In this document: in pieces, positions 25,422 to 27,453 of the stretch | Numbering within the stretch: the stretch's first letter is position 1 | Layout: every line of letters starts with the position of its first letter | Origin: a bacterium | GTDB lineage: Bacteria > Zhuqueibacterota > Zhuqueibacteria > Oceanimicrobiales > Oceanimicrobiaceae | Direction of reading: 5' to 3' | DNA length: 27,453 nt | NCBI GenBank assembly: GCA_046757525.1 | Contig: JBHHYI010000041.1 | Span: forward strand, 1-27,453 | The notes under the pieces: model-generated | Told to the model about the DNA's origin: nothing | The model's database searches: none | What the model saw: the letters and a program-made list of their open reading frames with translations, nothing else | Program-made: the position numbers and the translations under genes

Positions 25422-27453
25422 ATGGAGAGCACACCCAGCTCGCACGAGTACGCTACTTTACCGCCTGGTTGCAACACCCTGAGAATGCTGGCCACCTGCT
25501 GGCTCGCAACGTTACTGTTTGCTGCTTCATCCCTGGCCCAGAACTTGCTCGACCGGAAAACACGAGACTTGTTGCATGAATCCTTGAGCGGTGAACTGGC
25601 CAAGGAGCATGTCATTGCCATTACCAGGCATCATCGCATCCAGGGTTCCCGCGGTTTTCGGGCGGCCGCCAACTATGTGTTAAAACAACTGCGCAGCTAC
25701 GGTTTCTCAGAAAAGGACGCTTACATCGAGTCGTTTCCTTCGGACGGGAAAGTGCGTTACCAGACCTGGCAGTCGCCTTCTGGGTGGGATATCGACTCTG
25801 CGGAGTTGCGCATGATCGAACCGTATGAAGAGCGCGTCGTGGGCTACCCGGAGATCGCCATGAGCGTGATCACTTACTCCAATCCAGGCGATGTCACCGC
25901 CGAACTGGTGTGGGTGGGCAGCGGAACCAAGGATGCCGATTATGAAGGAAAAGACATCCAAGGCAAGTTTGTGCTGGCCACCGGCTACGGCGGAGCCGTG
26001 CACCGGCTGGCTGTGTTGAAGTATGGTGCCAAAGCCGTGGTTTGTTACCTCGATGACGAACGCGCAAAGGAATACCCGGACATGCTGGCCTACACCGGCA
26101 TGTGGCCCAGAACTGAAGAACTGGATCGCGTGACCTTTGGCTTTAACTTGACCAACCGCCAGGGCGAAAAGTTGCGCCATCTGTTGCAATCGGGGCAAAA
26201 GGTGGTGCTGCACGGAAGGGTTTCTGGCACCGGGCTGGAACCCTACTTCATGGATGTGGTGGTAGCCCACATTCGCGGCGCAGAAAAACCCGAAGAGGAA
26301 CTGATTTTCAGCGCCCACTTAGACCACCCGAAAGAATCGGCCAACGACAACGCCAGCGGTTCAGCCGCCATCCTCGACATGGCCCTCACCCTGAAGCAAC
26401 TCATCGACAGCGGGCGGCTGTCCCGACCCAAGCGATCTCTCCGGTTCCTCTGGGTGCCCGAATGGTTCGGCACCATGGCTTACATCGATGCCCACCCCGA
26501 ATTGAAGGGTCCGGACCTGGGCGGCCATTTTCTGGCCAACTTAAACCTGGACATGGTAGGCGAAAACCTGGAAATCATCCATTCCAAACTCATTTTGACG
26601 CGCACGCCCGACTCCATTCCTTCTGCCCTGAACGAGGTGGTTGCAAATATGGCGGAAATGGTAGACGGGATGAACATTCGAACCCCGCGCGGCAGTCTGT
26701 CCGAGTTTAACTATCGCGTTACGCCTTACAGCGGTGGCAGCGACCACATGATGTTCATCGACCGCAAAATTCCGGCCGTCATGTTTTCCCACGAGCCCGA
26801 CTACACCCACCACACCTCTGAGGACACGCCGGACAAGGTCGACCCGGTAGAGCTTGAGCGCTGCGAAATCATCGCAACCGGAACCTTGTTGTACCTTGCC
26901 AATTTGGAAGCATCGCAGGCCATGGAACTGGTCTATCTCGTAGGGGCCAACAGTCAGCAGCGCCTCGTTCTGGCAGCCGGGCAAGCGCAGAAGAACTTGC
27001 AAGAAGCCACCAACGGCGACCAATTCCAGGATGGCTTTGAAGCAAAGAACCTCATCGAGAAAGCCGCGCAACGCGAAATGACGGCGGTGGCCTCTGTTCT
27101 GCATTTTAACGATTCTGAAGCGGTCCAAAAGCACGTTGCCTGGATGAAGGCACAAATCGATCATCAAAAAGAAGCTTATCTCGAATCACTGCAAGAGTCT
27201 TTGGCAGCAACGGGGGTTACCAACGGCAAAACTCAGAAAACGGAAACAAAGACCGATCGACGCGTGCCCGTGCGCACCACCCGTGGCCCGCTCGATTTCA
27301 GCCTGCCGGAAAGCAAGCTTGCGCCGAAAAAGGCTGCCTGGTACCATTCCCCGGCTTTCACGCTTGATGGCAGCGCGCGTTTTGAGCTCATCAACTTCAT
27401 CGACGGCCGCCGCTCCGTTAGCCAAATCAGAGATGCACTCAGCGCTGAATACG
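25422..27453 (+). CDS. M28 family metallopeptidase / DUF4910-like with PA domain (3' partial)
   Basis: Not in the ORF track because it has no stop in the window. ATG 25422 follows GGAGG. My translation gives SAHLDHP, ANDNASGS, WVPEWFGT, NLDMVG, GGSDH and HHTSEDTPD. Confidence 0.88.
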   Translation, partial: MESTPSSHEYATLPPGCNTLRMLATCWLATLLFAASSLAQNLLDRKTRDLLHESLSGELAKEHVIAITRHHRIQGSRGFRAAANYVLKQLRSYGFSEKDAYIESFPSDGKVRYQTWQSPSGWDIDSAELRMIEPYEERVVGYPEIAMSVITYSNPGDVTAELVWVGSGTKDADYEGKDIQGKFVLATGYGGAVHRLAVLKYGAKAVVCYLDDERAKEYPDMLAYTGMWPRTEELDRVTFGFNLTNRQGEKLRHLLQSGQKVVLHGRVSGTGLEPYFMDVVVAHIRGAEKPEEELIFSAHLDHPKESANDNASGSAAILDMALTLKQLIDSGRLSRPKRSLRFLWVPEWFGTMAYIDAHPELKGPDLGGHFLANLNLDMVGENLEIIHSKLILTRTPDSIPSALNEVVANMAEMVDGMNIRTPRGSLSEFNYRVTPYSGGSDHMMFIDRKIPAVMFSHEPDYTHHTSEDTPDKVDPVELERCEIIATGTLLYLANLEASQAMELVYLVGANSQQRLVLAAGQAQKNLQEATNGDQFQDGFEAKNLIEKAAQREMTAVASVLHFNDSEAVQKHVAWMKAQIDHQKEAYLESLQESLAATGVTNGKTQKTETKTDRRVPVRTTRGPLDFSLPESKLAPKKAAWYHSPAFTLDGSARFELINFIDGRRSVSQIRDALSAEY

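Noticed and set aside
1..27453. CRISPR array, integron attC array, prophage or transposase
   Set aside because: I found no regularly spaced repeats, integrase, transposase or phage genes. The TA cassettes lack recognisable attC sites.

Overview
A 27.5 kb chromosomal window from a diderm bacterium. The mix of lpxH, spoVG and scattered BMC genes suggests a KSB1/Calditrichota/Ignavibacteria-like lineage, but that is inference only. The left half is a long minus-strand housekeeping run: two BMC-H shell genes, ispE, spoVG, tRNA-Gln, prs, rplY, pth, a membrane pyrophosphatase, rpsF, ssb, rpsR and rplI, then two small ORFs, a cdaR-like gene, rsmE and a HIT gene. It ends in a candidate structured RNA and a REP-like hairpin. 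The middle holds lpxH and a PBP1A gene on the plus strand, followed by a MITE-like element. A second minus-strand run contains xdhC, a MocA-like gene, a phosphohexomutase, a two-gene insert, a BMC-P (EutN/CcmL) gene, a RelE/ParE toxin-antitoxin pair, deoC and pyrimidine-nucleoside phosphorylase. The DeoC has an N-terminal encapsulation-peptide-like helix and a four-cysteine motif. The right end has secreted hypothetical proteins, a DUF433 antitoxin with a truncated PIN toxin, a Tat-exported thioredoxin-fold protein and a partial M28 peptidase. The main signal is a dispersed microcompartment system apparently for (deoxy)nucleoside breakdown (SPU-like), with its shell genes embedded in core housekeeping operons. 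Family assignments come from motif recognition only; no searches were run.
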